Positions 43,215 to 52,499 of a stretch of 64,000 nt of DNA are shown in pieces. The DNA lies in contig CAZHOH010000002.1 in the NCBI GenBank assembly GCA_964534185.1, forward strand, positions 10,558 through 74,557, in the 5' to 3' direction. The notes below the pieces were generated by a model. It was not told the origin of the DNA, did no database searches, and saw nothing but the letters and a program-made list of their open reading frames with translations. Numbering within the stretch: the first letter of the stretch is position 1; every line of letters begins with the position of its first letter. Source of the stretch: Candidatus Woesearchaeota archaeon. Its GTDB lineage: Archaea > Nanobdellota > Nanobdellia > Pacearchaeales > GW2011-AR1. Both the position numbers and the translations under genes were made by a program.

Positions 43215-44204
43215 TTAGCTGCCGAAGCCTACGATCGCGTTCTCGTCGCGATCGTCGATGGCGTCCTTCATACCCTTCAGGCGCTCCAAGGAGGCAGAAT
43301 AGTCAGTCTGCCCCTGGATTACCACTGATATGAATAGTTCCTTCAAGTGGGCAACGGACAGGCCGTCCGTATCCTCTGCCCACTGAACCAAGTCGTAGTC
43401 GTCGATGTTATCCACGTTACGAAACAGGTATTCCAGGTAAGACAGGCGATCATCCTCGCGAGGAAGCCCCACCTTGAGCCGACGGTCGAAGCGCGACGGC
43501 CTGTTGACGATGCGCGCGCCTAATTCACCCGGGTAATTGGTCGTGGCCAGGAAGACTATTTTGTGAACTTTGCCGACCCCGTCCAACAGGTTCAGGACCT
43601 CGCTCTCTTCGTGCTTATTCAGAATGGCCTCGAGGTCCTCCATCAGCACGACGACGGGGGTGTCCAGTTGAACGTCACGTATGACGCCCAGCACTTCCTT
43701 AACGATGCAAGGAGAAGCATCGAAGACCACGACGATGCCTCCCATGCTTATGACCTGCTCGCATATGGCGCAGCACGCGGACGTCTTGCCGGATCCCGCG
43801 GGTCCCCACATGAGGATACCCCGCTTGTATGAAAGCCCATGCCGCCTGAAAACATCCTCCCTTTGCCAGAACGTCTGGATGTCTTCTATGATCTCGTCGG
43901 TCGGGGAGTCCTTGAACCGGATGACCTCCTCCTCCTTCATGGGCAGCCTCTCTAGGTAGACGCTATCAGGCAAACGTCTTGGCCCATAGACGCCCGGGGG
44001 CAACTTCGGGATCGTGTTACTTACGGGCAACAGGTTACGGCCGTTCTGCGTCCATTGCACGTAGGCGTTCGTATCTGCATCTGCATGCCTCGGTGTCTCG
44101 TATGCCTCGCATACCTCCTCTGTCTTTTGCCACTGTTTTGGATTTGGCGGGCAACTCACCGACAGGAGTTCTGTTAGCTCCGCTTCTTCTTGCTTTATGG
44201 ACAT
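43215..44204 (-). CDS. AAA+ ATPase (classical AAA clade)
   Basis: MWGPAGSGKTS (Walker A), VVLMEDLE (Walker B), FLATTNYP (sensor 1), NRPSRFDRRLKVGLP (Arg fingers). Confidence 0.85.
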   Translation of the reverse strand: MSIKQEEAELTELLSVSCPPNPKQWQKTEEVCEAYETPRHADADTNAYVQWTQNGRNLLPVSNTIPKLPPGVYGPRRLPDSVYLERLPMKEEEVIRFKDSPTDEIIEDIQTFWQREDVFRRHGLSYKRGILMWGPAGSGKTSACCAICEQVISMGGIVVVFDASPCIVKEVLGVIRDVQLDTPVVVLMEDLEAILNKHEESEVLNLLDGVGKVHKIVFLATTNYPGELGARIVNRPSRFDRRLKVGLPREDDRLSYLEYLFRNVDNIDDYDLVQWAEDTDGLSVAHLKELFISVVIQGQTDYSASLERLKGMKDAIDDRDENAIVGFGS

Positions 44205-44213
44205 TTCTCCTCC

Positions 44214-44402
44214 CTACAACTGAATGCCCCGCTGCGCTTCCCAATCAGCTAGTTCCACGCGTTCTCGCTCAGCTCGTTCAAGGATATGGCGAGCAATTTG
44301 AAGGGCTTCTGCCCGGGAGATCGGGCGTCCAATCAAATGTTCAAACTGCTGACCGTCAATATGCACCTTGCCAGTTCCGTCTTGGTCAGTTGCTCCCATC
44401 AT
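44214..44402 (-). CDS. small hypothetical protein (62 aa)
   Basis: C-terminal part of ORF 44214..44900. ATGATG at 44402 follows GGAGAAG. 17-nt overlap with the Thg1-like gene. Confidence 0.4.
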   Translation of the reverse strand: MMGATDQDGTGKVHIDGQQFEHLIGRPISRAEALQIARHILERAERERVELADWEAQRGIQL

Positions 44403-45276
44403 CGTCAACTTCTCCCAGCAGCAGATCCGCGCGCTCCTCCCACGGAGAATCCGTCTCAGGCTCCGCGCCATAAAAAAGAACCTCCACCCTGTTCCTAACC
44501 TGTCGCAGCGGAGGAAGCACTGCCTCGTGATAGGCCCTCCTCTGGCAGACGACGGATGACGGCTCATCCCCAAGGGCGATCGCTCGCGTCTTGGTAACGG
44601 AAACTTCCCTGCGGATGAAGTACGTCCCCCGCTTGAAGAATCCAGGATAATCGTCCCAGTGGGCCCCTTCCTGCGAGAGCATGTCCCGTAACTGGTCGGA
44701 GTTCTTGTTGACGCACTGCTTGTGTGAGAAAACGGCGCGGGCGGCGCTCTGCACGCTGTTACGAGTCGCGTCCAACTCGCGCCATAGGATGCAGTTTGCT
44801 GCCTCTTCCAGCGACGGAACGTTCCATACGCGACAGTCGAAGGAGGCGGTCTTGCCACAGAGCTCGGGAATGCCACCCTCCGCAGGCACGAAGCATCCAT
44901 TCCTCTTGGTGTTTACCGCTTGGTTAAACTTGACCGATGCCATGGCGGCGATGACGCTAACCATCTTCTGTATCTTGCCCCCGAAGAACAACTGTGACGC
45001 CGGGTGGTCCGCATGGAGTACGAGGCTGATCTCGTCGGACTGCGTATACGCGCACCTGGCCCCTGTTTCCTTGGCCAAGTATTTGGCCACCTTGGCCATG
45101 GCCACGGACATGCGCCTGTCGTATGGGCGCCCCAGCCCCCGGGTCATCCTGCTGAAACTGCGGCCATCGACTCGAATGCAAGCGGGCAGGCGAGGCATCA
45201 GCCTGCGGCCCGATTCCATCCGCTCGTATTCCTTCATCCTGTCGCCAATGTCAGTTTTGTCCATTTCCTGCTTCAA
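44386..45276 (-). CDS. tRNA-His guanylyltransferase (Thg1)-like 3'-5' polymerase
   Basis: CIRVDGRSFSRMT...PYD...AYTQSDEISLVL...KMVSVIAAMASVKFN matches the Thg1/TLP palm-domain signature. Confidence 0.85.
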   Translation of the reverse strand: MKQEMDKTDIGDRMKEYERMESGRRLMPRLPACIRVDGRSFSRMTRGLGRPYDRRMSVAMAKVAKYLAKETGARCAYTQSDEISLVLHADHPASQLFFGGKIQKMVSVIAAMASVKFNQAVNTKRNGCFVPAEGGIPELCGKTASFDCRVWNVPSLEEAANCILWRELDATRNSVQSAARAVFSHKQCVNKNSDQLRDMLSQEGAHWDDYPGFFKRGTYFIRREVSVTKTRAIALGDEPSSVVCQRRAYHEAVLPPLRQVRNRVEVLFYGAEPETDSPWEERADLLLGEVDDDGSN

Positions 45277-45337
45277 TCCACCCCGGGGGAAACCTTACTT
45301 CGGAAGCCATTTTACCATCCCCCGGGGGCACGGCAAA

Positions 45338-45844
45338 TCAATAGACGTAGAAGAAGCTGGTTCTGTCGCCATAGTAACTGCGGATGGCAGTCTCGGCGTC
45401 GGGGAACGATCCCTTGCAGTTCTGGTTGGACATCATCCACCACTTGTCTTCGTTGTCTCGCATGACGACGATGACGTGGCCCTTTCTTATGGAAACGTTG
45501 GTCTGTGCGCGTCTTACCTCGGGGTACTTGCCCTTGAGGACTTGCTCCGCCAACGCTGCCATGTCATCGCAGTCACCCGACTTGCGGGCGAAGGAGACCC
45601 ATGGCCGGGAGGCATAGTCCAGGGCGCCGCCGAGGGGATCCCCCTTCCAGGCGAACCCTACCTCCTCGTACCAGTCCTCTAGGTCCCCAGCCGTGCGGCA
45701 GGACTCGCGAAGCCCCTCGAGCCCCTCTATCATCTTGGCCCGATCGTAGTACATCCTCAGGAACAGGGACTCAATCGCTGCAACGACGGAACTGAATATC
45801 GGCTTTGATATGTAGAACACGAGGAAACGGAGTAATTTATTCAT
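45338..45844 (-). CDS. putative papain/transglutaminase-fold cysteine peptidase with N-terminal TM helix
   Basis: KSGDCDDMAALAEQ ... KGHVIVVM ... (C/H pattern). The start could be 45844 or 45877. Confidence 0.4.
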   Translation of the reverse strand: MNKLLRFLVFYISKPIFSSVVAAIESLFLRMYYDRAKMIEGLEGLRESCRTAGDLEDWYEEVGFAWKGDPLGGALDYASRPWVSFARKSGDCDDMAALAEQVLKGKYPEVRRAQTNVSIRKGHVIVVMRDNEDKWWMMSNQNCKGSFPDAETAIRSYYGDRTSFFYVY

Positions 45845-45873
45845 TTTTTCCCCAGTAGGGTGGATGGGAATGC

Positions 45874-46473
45874 TCAACTCTTGCGGCGCTTTTTCTTTGG
45901 CCTTGGCCTTGGCATGCGCCTCGCTGGCCTCAAGTCCTCGCCTCTTAGCAATTTCAGGTGTTTCTCGATCATTCCTTTCTTGACGGGGCCGATTTTATCG
46001 ACGAACAACACCCCGTCCAGATGGTCGATCTCATGTTGTATCGCTTGAGACAATAGCCCCGTGGCGTTCATTCCCTGCTTGACGCCGGTCACGTCTTGGT
46101 ATTCCACGGACACCTTCGAAGCCCGCCGAACGTGTCCCGTCACCTTCTGCAGGGGGAGGCTCAGGCAGGCCTCTTGCATGCTCTGCTCGCCAGACGACTC
46201 CACCACGACGGGGTTCACCATCGCGAAAACGCTCATCTTCTCGCCATCGGGGACGCGAAGGACTATGATTCTCTTCGTCTCGCCAACCTGTGGCCCCGCG
46301 AGGCCAATGCCCCTCTCCAGCGACAGGGTATGAAGCATGTCGTGCGCGAGGAAGGCGACGGACTCGTCGAAGGACGTAACCTCCTTGGCCTCCCCCCGGA
46401 GGACGGGATCCGGATACGTGAGAATCTTCAGGGCGCTTGGCTGGCGCGAAGGCGCGGAAGAGGTATCGGCCAT
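45874..46473 (-). CDS. def: peptide deformylase with Lys/Arg-rich C-terminal tail
   Basis: GIGLAGPQVG, EACLSLP, QHEIDHLDG. Tail RPRPKKKRRKS. Confidence 0.92.
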   Translation of the reverse strand: MADTSSAPSRQPSALKILTYPDPVLRGEAKEVTSFDESVAFLAHDMLHTLSLERGIGLAGPQVGETKRIIVLRVPDGEKMSVFAMVNPVVVESSGEQSMQEACLSLPLQKVTGHVRRASKVSVEYQDVTGVKQGMNATGLLSQAIQHEIDHLDGVLFVDKIGPVKKGMIEKHLKLLRGEDLRPARRMPRPRPKKKRRKS

Positions 46474-46510
46474 GACTTCTCCGTTCTAGTCGAACATGTT
46501 AGGCGGCTCG

Positions 46511-48604
46511 TCACCACGTGGCGGCCAATCGAAAGGATAACACTCCGAAAGCGCACGCAGCAGCAACTGGGACGACGCCATTTCCCAGCAGGCGTAGCTG
46601 GTCTGTTCGACGCTCGTGGTCGAGTCTGTCCATCCCGGAGGCCACCCCATCAGCCATTCTACAAAGAGCGGGTTCAAGAAGCGGCTCGGCTTCAAGGACT
46701 TGCTCCCATTCCCTGAAGTCCCCTGGCCCCGGGGGCGCGAGGGGGAGGATTGTTCCAGATGGGCCTCGAAAACCTGCGACCACACCTTTGCCAGCGTCTC
46801 GACATGAACCTGATGGCTGCCGCTCTCCGACTGCCCCTTCCGAAGAACCTGCTCGACGCTCATAGCCCTGCCCCCGTTGGGCACGTTCGGCGTTGGCCAG
46901 AGACAGTTCCACACGTCGCTCCACATTTTCGCTACGACCTGGAGGCTCGTCGGAGTCTTCCGGGGGCCTCCCTTCATGCGCCGCTTCATCGCCATGTGGG
47001 CCCCAGGGGTCTTGTTGTCGTCGTTCGCCACCGCCGTTGGCCACAGCGGCCCATTCTGCCGCCCGGAGGATGGCCTCTTCTCCCGGTCTCGCGCCGGCGA
47101 TGAAGAGACGCTTTCGGACATGGCACAGTCCGACTTCCGCCGCCGAGAATAGTCCTGCTTCAACGTCGTAGCCCAGGCCTTGTAGGTCTCTGGCGACCTC
47201 GTCGAAGCCGACGTTAACGTGGTTGGGTACGTTCTCGAAAAAGAGGACGCGGGGTTCTGCCTCCTGGACGATCCTCCTGACGCTGGGCCAGAGGTGGCGG
47301 GGATCCTCCTTGCCCTTGATTCTCCCGGCACAGGAGAACGGCTGGCAGTTGTGGACGACAGTTCCGTCTGCCACGTAAGACTCATCGTCTCGGACTGCGA
47401 TGTTATAGACTGTGTCCTTGCCAACAGGGGCGTTTGAGCTGACGCGCTTCCATCCAAGACCTTGGTCGACGAAGGATGCACGATTGCGATCAGGGATGGA
47501 CACGATCCATGACGGCCTTTGTCTGACGAGTCTGCCTTCGATGACCTTATCTTTTGCGCTTTGGCAGCATCGAACGGCAGCAATGACCCCAAATGCTCGC
47601 TGAGAGAGCAGAGCGACACTGAGAGCAAGGGCCTTGCTCGCGGACTGAACTCGACGAAATCCCCCCTTTCCAACAGGGTTCTTATGTGCTCCTCCGTCTC
47701 CAGACAAGCATCCCTCAAGCAAGGCCCTGGCCTTTCCCTCTCCGAGGGAAAGGTACTTTCCGGGGATACGCTTGCCGCGGGCATGTCGTCCGAATTGCTG
47801 CAAGAACTTGAAGAAACATGTTCTTGTAATGGCGAATCTGGTTGTTGTTCGCTCCTCGCTCCTGTAGGCGCTAAGCCCTGCTTCTTGTATTCGCCTTTCA
47901 AGTTCGTCTGCCTCTGGTCTGTTGCAACAGATGTTGACACGACCATTTCTGTGGGAAGGAGATTTTTGGAGCCAACCGTCAGCCAAGTACCTCCCGACGA
48001 GCCACCAGAATTCTTTTGATCGTTTGTCTGGGCGCACTGGAGGGAGAGCCTGAGCCACCCAATGCGCTCCGGTGAGTTCCTTTGCCTGCACCCAATCAGG
48101 GGAACCAAAAGATCGCTGTCTTCCCTTTTGTTTGCACCTAGCGAAGAAGGGGTGCTCTTCTGTGCATCTGATTCCCGGGGTTCCTTGCGCCTTGATTTCC
48201 CTGATTGGGGCACCGTCCTTGCGCATGACCGCTGTGACTGGCTTCCATCTGGCTCGGTGGGTAAGGACCAGATCTCCAACTCGAACGTCTTCGATGGGGA
48301 CATATCCTCGCTTGCATAAGACGAGGGTTCCTGAGACGAAGCACGGGTACCCTCCAGTGACGCAATCCACGACGCCACGCCATCTTCTGCCGTCGAAGGT
48401 CTTGGCATCCGTCCAAATAGGCGCGTCGTCCAGCCGCCCTTCTTCCATGCGTGATGCCAGTACTTCGATGGCATATCCTTCCCTCTCCACGTAGCAGACG
48501 ACGCGAGAGCCTCCGACCGCCATTCGGAGTCCGAGCTCGAGTCCGCCGCCGCCGGAGCAGAGAGACAGAACGTTGAAGGTACGTATGCCCACATCTTTGT
48601 TCAT
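46511..48604 (-). CDS. DNA (cytosine-5)-methyltransferase interrupted by an intein
   Basis: LSLCSGGGGLELG (I), GGYP|C...HN|CQPFS (IV split), LFFENVPN (VI), RKRLFIAG (VIII), LLGNGVVP (X). See findings for the second open frame. Confidence 0.85.
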   Translation of the reverse strand: MNKDVGIRTFNVLSLCSGGGGLELGLRMAVGGSRVVCYVEREGYAIEVLASRMEEGRLDDAPIWTDAKTFDGRRWRGVVDCVTGGYPCFVSGTLVLCKRGYVPIEDVRVGDLVLTHRARWKPVTAVMRKDGAPIREIKAQGTPGIRCTEEHPFFARCKQKGRQRSFGSPDWVQAKELTGAHWVAQALPPVRPDKRSKEFWWLVGRYLADGWLQKSPSHRNGRVNICCNRPEADELERRIQEAGLSAYRSEERTTTRFAITRTCFFKFLQQFGRHARGKRIPGKYLSLGEGKARALLEGCLSGDGGAHKNPVGKGGFRRVQSASKALALSVALLSQRAFGVIAAVRCCQSAKDKVIEGRLVRQRPSWIVSIPDRNRASFVDQGLGWKRVSSNAPVGKDTVYNIAVRDDESYVADGTVVHNCQPFSCAGRIKGKEDPRHLWPSVRRIVQEAEPRVLFFENVPNHVNVGFDEVARDLQGLGYDVEAGLFSAAEVGLCHVRKRLFIAGARPGEEAILRAAEWAAVANGGGERRQQDPWGPHGDEAAHEGRPPEDSDEPPGRSENVERRVELSLANAERAQRGQGYERRAGSSEGAVGERQPSGSCRDAGKGVVAGFRGPSGTILPLAPPGPGDFREWEQVLEAEPLLEPALCRMADGVASGMDRLDHERRTDQLRLLGNGVVPVAAACAFGVLSFRLAATW
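47348..48343 (-). mobile_element. 332-aa class-1 intein with LAGLIDADG homing-endonuclease domain
   Basis: Starts CFVSGTLV (block A). Contains CTEEHPFF (block B TxxH), LVGRYLADGW and LLEGCLSGDGG (two LAGLIDADG motifs). Ends VADGTVVHN, followed by the +1 Cys of CQPFS. Confidence 0.85.
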
Positions 48605-48631
48605 TCCTGGCCCCTGTTGCCTGTAAATATT

Positions 48632-49654
48632 CTACGGGGCCAGCCTCCTTTTGATTTCCTCGCGGACAAACACGCGCGTCGCGTCCAGTTTTTCCTGGAG
48701 AGTCATCTTATCCCGCTCCTTTCCCCAGTAGAGAACGCTCACGTCGGGCCTGTCATGGAGCGGAAGCCATCCTGGCACGTATAGTCCCCAGAACTCGTCT
48801 ACCGAGATCGCCGGCATACCAAAGGAAGGGGCAAGAAAGCCCCCGCCTCCCATGCTTAATGTAAACTCCGCCCCGCTCATTACCTCTAGCTGTCTCTGCA
48901 GGTACTCGGTTCGAACCGGCTTCTTCAGTGTCTCCAGAAACATAGTCTCGTTGCCAATCCTGTTACGGTCTACCCGATCCAGCCGATCTAGGCCCGTGTG
49001 TGGGGCCCAACCAACCCCGATGACTTCGTAGCCGTAGTGGTTGACCAACTCCTTTAATTCCAGCCATTCTAGGAAAGGCAGGCTCCTGCCTCCCGCCGTG
49101 CCACCAAACTCGTCTCCTTTCAGCCACCTTTCGGACAAGCAGGGTATGAAGCACACGTACTTGCGAGGATCCTTCTTGACCCAGGACCAGTCCATCTTCG
49201 CATTGACCAGTTCCCTCGGGAAGTCCCTCCGCATCTTGGAAAATAACTTCAGAACGGCGCTCTTTCCCGTCCCCTCCTTGGCCGGGAAATGATATGAATC
49301 GCTGAACTGGCTCCAAACCTCTTCCTTCAGGTCGTCAAGCCACTCGGAATGTATATTGACCTCGTCTCCGAGCCACCGCTTCAACAGGAAAGCTGGCCAT
49401 ATGCGGGTGACGCATACCTCGCCGAACTCACCGCCGTGAATGATGTTCCTAAGATCCAGATCTATCTTCTCCCTGGGACGGCGCAGAGGGGAGGCCTCAA
49501 CCTCCTCCTCAACCTTGGCCTCAACCTCCTCCTCCTCAACCTTGGCCTGACGTGGGGCCGCGGCCGGAGGATTGAGCGAGAAGCCCCAGCACCTCTTGGA
49601 TCCGTAGGAACAACCTCGTCCCCCGGGGGACGAGGTTTTTCTTTGTCGAGCCAT
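48632..49654 (-). CDS. GT9-like glycosyltransferase carrying the shared 31-aa N-terminal module and a VE/AK linker
   Basis: MARQRKTSSPGGRGCSYGSKRCWGFSLNPPA + AAAPRQAKVEEEEVEAKVEEEVEA + a GT-B-like body. Start reset to ATG 49654 with a TAGGAGG RBS. Confidence 0.65.
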   Translation of the reverse strand: MARQRKTSSPGGRGCSYGSKRCWGFSLNPPAAAPRQAKVEEEEVEAKVEEEVEASPLRRPREKIDLDLRNIIHGGEFGEVCVTRIWPAFLLKRWLGDEVNIHSEWLDDLKEEVWSQFSDSYHFPAKEGTGKSAVLKLFSKMRRDFPRELVNAKMDWSWVKKDPRKYVCFIPCLSERWLKGDEFGGTAGGRSLPFLEWLELKELVNHYGYEVIGVGWAPHTGLDRLDRVDRNRIGNETMFLETLKKPVRTEYLQRQLEVMSGAEFTLSMGGGGFLAPSFGMPAISVDEFWGLYVPGWLPLHDRPDVSVLYWGKERDKMTLQEKLDATRVFVREEIKRRLAP

Positions 49655-49906
49655 GTTGCCTCCTACCAGCCTGTTGGGATGCCGAGAGAAAAATTCCTTC
49701 CCCCGGGGGGCGCGGGAGGGCGTCCATGGCATCGCCGAGGAGGCCAAGCCCTATGCGCTCCTGTTGGCAGTGACGCGAGACTCGGGTGCGTCGGCATTCG
49801 TCAACCTAGTTCAGGATCGGTATGACCTTCACGTACCCGCGACGAGAGGGCCACAGCATGCACCATCCAAACATGATAGCCTCTGGCCTGTCGTACGAGA
49901 TCTCGG

Positions 49907-50641
49907 TCACTCCGTATGCGGTGATTCTTGGGTGCATGACACTATCCTGTTGGCTGTGACATAGGACTCGGGGGTGCCAGCGTCGGTCCACTCCCCATCC
50001 AGGCAGGCGATCCGCAGCTTGCCCTCCCGAACGAACTCCATGTTCAGATCAGTGACCTCTAACTCGCCGCGGTTGCTAGGCTGCAGCCTAGGCAACAAAG
50101 AGAAGGCATGCGGCGGGTAAAAATAGATGCCCGTCTGTGCCAGATTCGACCTTGGCTCCCGGGGCTTCTCCTCGATCGCGACGACGCGATCCTCGCTTAC
50201 CTCGACCACCCCGTACCTGCGGGGATCCTCGACTTCCTTGACGAGAATCATGGCGTGGTCGTCGGGCAGCGCGTCGTAGGACTGAACGAAAGGAAGCAGC
50301 GGATCCGAGAATATATTGTCGCCAAGGAGCACGCAGAACCGATCCCTGCCGACGAAGTCGTCGCACAACATAAGCGCTTGCGCTATTCCGCCCGCCTCGT
50401 CCTGGATGCGGTAGGTCAGCTCGCACCCCAGTTTCCTTCCGGAGCCGAGGAGCGCCATGAAGTCCCCGGAATGCTCGGGTCCGCAAATGACCATGATCTT
50501 TCGGATGCCGCCCTCGATGAGTTTGGCCAAGGGCCACATGATCATCGGCTTCATGCCGACGGGCAACAAGTGCTTGTTTGTCACCTGCGTCAGGGGGTGC
50601 AGCCTAGTGCCCGTGCCGCCGGCAAGGATGATTCCTTTCAT
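49907..50641 (-). CDS. sugar-1-phosphate nucleotidylyltransferase (RmlA/GalU-like)
   Basis: MKGIILAGGTGTRLHPLT and LLGDNIF. Start reset to ATG 50641. Confidence 0.85.
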   Translation of the reverse strand: MKGIILAGGTGTRLHPLTQVTNKHLLPVGMKPMIMWPLAKLIEGGIRKIMVICGPEHSGDFMALLGSGRKLGCELTYRIQDEAGGIAQALMLCDDFVGRDRFCVLLGDNIFSDPLLPFVQSYDALPDDHAMILVKEVEDPRRYGVVEVSEDRVVAIEEKPREPRSNLAQTGIYFYPPHAFSLLPRLQPSNRGELEVTDLNMEFVREGKLRIACLDGEWTDAGTPESYVTANRIVSCTQESPHTE

Positions 50642-50876
50642 GATGTCATTATACGTTGAAGGTTGGGAAATAGGCGCTGCGGTTGGACGAGCGCGCGGCG
50701 GAAGGCATGAGGCCACGGCAGTCGAGCGTGTGCCGGCATCCGCCTGCTACGCTGAACTGTTTGGCGCCGGGACTGATTTTTGTTCCCTAGGTTGGGCCGT
50801 TCTTTTCACTGCCGGCACGACGTATTTTCTTTTCAACAGTACTCCGCAGGGGGCGTTATTGGTCTAGCGGCCTTCG

Positions 50877-51596
50877 CTACCTTTGCCGGGTCGAGCATCC
50901 CAGGGCCTGATGGACGTATTCCTCCAGTGACTTCTGCGGCAACCTAGAGAGATCTAATCTCTTGGTGCATGTCGCTTTCAGCCCAATGGCCTCGAACTGC
51001 CGGAGGAGCCCCTCCCATGGAAGATAAAATATTACGTTGCCCCCGTGGGAGACAATCAGGTTCCTAAGGTCGAGGAAGTCCGGGTTAATCCTCGTACAGA
51101 ACACTTCTACGTGTGCGTAGCGAGCCAAGGGCCTGACGACGTCAATAAGACTGCGGTTAGACAGGCCCCTGATGTCAAACATTAGAGAGTACGGGACGTC
51201 GTCCGTGGGCACGTTCTTCGGGAGGCAAAAGGAATCCACGAAGGCCACGTCGTCGCGGAAGACGACCAAGTGAGTCGCCCAGCGTCCATGAGGCAGCTTT
51301 CCCCCGAGGCATTCCTTTATAAGGGAAGAATCCTCTATTGCCAGGATGCGGATGGGCCGCCCGCCGGGGATATTCCGCTCAAGAAGGAAAAGGTAAGCGA
51401 TTGGCCAGCCCAGCAGGACCGCGAGAAAGACGAGGAAAGGCTCCCAGTGCACCCCCGCGGGCCTCTTTCCATCGATGAACACTTGCTGAGCCCTGTACAA
51501 CAGGACATCCCGGCACCGGCATGACGCGATCCACGTCCCTAGCGCCAAGTAGGGCAACGACAGGGCGATCAGGACATACCACCCGTAATGCATCAA
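50877..51596 (-). CDS. membrane protein with cytoplasmic alpha/beta domain
   Basis: Two TM helices, then IRILAIEDSS. Function unknown. Confidence 0.55.
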   Translation of the reverse strand: MMHYGWYVLIALSLPYLALGTWIASCRCRDVLLYRAQQVFIDGKRPAGVHWEPFLVFLAVLLGWPIAYLFLLERNIPGGRPIRILAIEDSSLIKECLGGKLPHGRWATHLVVFRDDVAFVDSFCLPKNVPTDDVPYSLMFDIRGLSNRSLIDVVRPLARYAHVEVFCTRINPDFLDLRNLIVSHGGNVIFYLPWEGLLRQFEAIGLKATCTKRLDLSRLPQKSLEEYVHQALGCSTRQR

Positions 51597-52027
51597 TCTA
51601 TCCTCAGGGCTTCAATCGCGAGGTCACGGAACACGCTCTTGAACAAGTCGACCGAGACCTCCTTCTGTAGCTCCTTGGGAAGGTCGCACTCCTTGAACTC
51701 GGAAAGGATGACGTCGATCGCGTCCAGCGCCTCGGCGACCCTGGCCCTGAGGGCCTCCTTCAAGTCGTCGCTCATCCCGGCATCCCGCCGCGGCCTCCCC
51801 CGGGGAGGAGCTGACTTGGCGTCCTCTTCCGAGGCCTCCTCCAGGTCAGAGATGACGGGGTCCTCGTGGTTCAGGACCGTCTTGAATTCCTCCCCGTCCT
51901 TGGCGATGGCGTTGAGGTAGAGTCCTTCCTCCCGCAGTTGCTGGGTGGCCGCCTCCACGTCGCTCGCCTCTATCGACCCGGCCTTGGTTGCGCCGTCCTT
52001 GGTGAATCCCTCGTAGTTGAACTTCAT
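51593..52027 (-). CDS. hypothetical acidic protein (144 aa)
   Basis: ORF in an operon with ATGA-type overlaps. Confidence 0.55.
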   Translation of the reverse strand: MKFNYEGFTKDGATKAGSIEASDVEAATQQLREEGLYLNAIAKDGEEFKTVLNHEDPVISDLEEASEEDAKSAPPRGRPRRDAGMSDDLKEALRARVAEALDAIDVILSEFKECDLPKELQKEVSVDLFKSVFRDLAIEALRID

Positions 52028-52091
52028 TTCTCAATCATCTCCCGGTCAAAACCATGGCCAACGATGCCATCGCCACTTGGCGGCAGCCAAT

Positions 52092-52499
52092 TCAGTTCCC
52101 TTCAGTTTTCCACTGGAGGCCCCACTGTATGTTGCGCGCATCGGCGTAGATGCCGAGCCTTTCCAGTTCCCCGAGCAGCGTGCCGTCCAGCATCAAGACC
52201 TCCCTCGGGTTCATCGGATCTGCCATCGTGATGCCGGCATGGGGCTCGTGCGCATGCTTGACCTCGAACCTTACCGCCTCGACGCCGACCGTGACGAAAG
52301 GACTCGTCATTGCCGTGGGCTTCGAGGGCCAGATGAACCTGACCTTCGGGTTAAGAAGCCCGAACTTCTCCTGGATGCACTCCTTTATTTCCGCCCCCGT
52401 GGCGTCCCGACCTAGTTTGTCGGACTTCTTGTTCGCGGCCGCGAGGAAGTACTCTATGTTTACCTTGATCATCCGCATCAGAACCACGTCCGCCTTCAT
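52092..52499 (-). CDS. hypothetical protein (135 aa)
   Basis: ORF whose start overlaps the upstream stop (ATGA). Confidence 0.55.
   Translation of the reverse strand: MKADVVLMRMIKVNIEYFLAAANKKSDKLGRDATGAEIKECIQEKFGLLNPKVRFIWPSKPTAMTSPFVTVGVEAVRFEVKHAHEPHAGITMADPMNPREVLMLDGTLLGELERLGIYADARNIQWGLQWKTEGN

Noticed and set aside
50717-50876. Possible tRNA or ncRNA in the 160-nt gap upstream of the nucleotidyltransferase gene
   Set aside because: There is only a distant 9-bp inverted repeat (gtgccggca ... tgccggcac). I found no T-loop (GTTCRANYC) or cloverleaf.
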